In this document: positions 62,624 to 64,000 of the stretch, one piece after another
How positions within the stretch are numbered: the first letter of the stretch is position 1
Layout of the letters: each line of letters begins with the position of its first letter
Source: Lama guanicoe
Lineage: Eukaryota
NCBI GenBank assembly: GCA_013239625.1
Contig: MU057357.1
Location: forward strand, 55,278,515 to 55,342,514
DNA length: 64,000 bases
Direction: 5' to 3'
Made by a program: the position numbers and the translations under genes
The notes under the pieces: generated by a model
What the model saw: only the letters and a program-made list of their open reading frames with translations
Told to the model about the DNA's origin: nothing
The model's database searches: none

Positions 62624-64000
62624 GGAGATAAGAGGTTTAAATAATACATGAAAACACCTAAAATAAGGACTAGCCCATAATAATTGCTCAATAATATTTT
62701 TAAAGATTATTTAAAGCTGTGCTTCTCAGAAAGTATGGAGGTAGTACTGTCCAGAAACAGACTACATACCCTCTCAACATTAATTATTCCAGTTACAAGA
62801 TTCTCTGGAAAGCTACGTTGGAGTAAGTAAAATATTCAGCTTTTTGGTACTCAGAACAAAAGCTCAAGAAAAATGAAGTGCTTTGTCTCAGTCTTATTTG
62901 CAATTTGTATTACTTACTGTCTGATAGAATGCAGAGCCAGTGCTGGTAGATTTGGCCAATTCAAAATTTGTGGCTTTCATTTCATATCATCTGCCTCAGT
63001 AAAATACACTGATTCTATATGAGAAATTTCTCATATTTTGATTACATAAAAAAACATAAAAAGGAGATTAAAGAGTCAATGCTAAAGCAGACTCAGGCAA
63101 AAACTCACCATCTGTAGCAGGAGGACTTTTTAAAACCCAGGGGTGTCTTCTTACCCAACTGTCAACACCAGGAAATGTGCCAAGAGGACAGATGCTAAAA
63201 TTGGAAAGTCTCATCTAGGGCGTGACATCAGAGTTCTATAATTTCTCTCTAAAAAAGCATCAGGAACCACAATGGCAACAAAGAATTAAGAAGAAAATAA
63301 AAGCAGCCTCTTTAATGGAGAAGGGCTCCCATTAAGTAGTTACACTACTAAAATTCTATCAACAAAAATGAACAAACCGACTTGCAGGATGGGAAGTAAA
63401 ATCTGTACTGAACCAGTTTCCAAGAGACCAGGAGGGACTTTTTTAAAAATCATTGGCAACAACAAGGAACACATGATCAATCAGGAAAATAATAACAGAA
63501 GCTATTACTAAAAATAGTTTCCAATGACAGTGCGGAGTTGGGGAAAATCAGTAAGGAAATCTCTCCTGCTGTTTCAATAATACAGGGACAGAGACCTGAT
63601 AATGAAAATTGATAACTCGAAGATAGCATTCAGCATAAAAATGGAAAATAATTGATAATTAATACTATTGCATGGGGAATGTATGGTCCAGAAACACAGA
63701 TGACCTTCAGTAACACCTACTTCATGCTGATTCGAGAATTGTTGAACTTGAATTTTAACTCCATTTAGATTTTCATGTCTATCAGAGGAGAAATTTGGCT
63801 TTTAAGATTTCAGAGTCTTCAGCTGTTTCACAACCAGGCTGAATCTGAAAGTGTACTTGCTGACTGCAGCTTTAGTTTCTAAAGCAGAGGCTGCACACTT
63901 GCAGAGTGCCAAGCAGGTAACATGAATGAGTGAGGCCCACTGCGTGAGGATTGTGGGAACCCGGAGAGAGAACAGCCCAGGGACAGAGGACTGAAGGATG

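Larger units (their letters stand above)
62268..62700 (+). mobile_element. MIR SINE split by a Vic-1 insertion and a gap
   Basis: TTGCTGTGTGGCTTTGGGGAAGTTACTTAACTTCTCTG...CACCTGTAAAATG...CTACCT; resumes after the gap with TTTAAATAATACATGAAAACACCTA...GCTCAATAA. Confidence 0.8.

Noticed and set aside
228-62691. The supplied six-frame ORFs (60-115 aa) as genes
   Set aside because: Lengths and L/F/I/S-rich composition are as expected for random AT-rich DNA; many start at TTG/GTG, lie in repeats or run through N gaps
21232-63112. Isolated strong minus-strand donors (e.g. 21238, 28359, 28572, 29166, 51630, 58749, 63109)
   Set aside because: No matching strong acceptor or ORF, and several lie inside MIR/L2; they show how common chance splice signals are
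1-64000. CRISPR arrays, operons, rRNA, CpG-island promoter
   Set aside because: No regularly spaced repeat-spacer units, no rRNA-like sequence and no extended CpG-rich segment; the DNA is eukaryotic non-coding

Overview
AT-rich, CpG-depleted mammalian genomic DNA. It is probably camelid (alpaca/llama/camel), judging by two Vic-1-type tRNA-derived SINEs and camelid/cetartiodactyl-type L1 3' ends. I found no intact, recognisable protein-coding sequence. The window reads as a large intron or gene-poor region filled with old repeats (MIR, L2, CR1/L3, L1M, MLT1, ERVL LTRs) and has three short assembly gaps. L1 fragments lie mostly on +, which hints at a host gene on the minus strand. The most notable items are: (1) a 5'-truncated class III (ERVL, HERVL40/LTR40-like) provirus retaining decayed integrase plus a nearly full-length gamma-type env and 3' LTR (~14.1-16.7 kb); (2) a dense cluster of T-box (AGGTGTCA) and CAGGTG motifs, partly palindromic (11.8-12.7 kb); (3) candidate minus-strand exons ending in a Kozak ATG-Ala-Tyr-Thr/GTAAGA, downstream of a same-strand ERVL LTR; (4) a (CG)10(TG)17 Z-DNA-prone tract and several perfect palindromes. 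Repeat subfamily names come from remembered consensus sequences and most boundaries are approximate. All exon and enhancer calls are hypotheses. I see no convincing evidence of a wholly new biological system.
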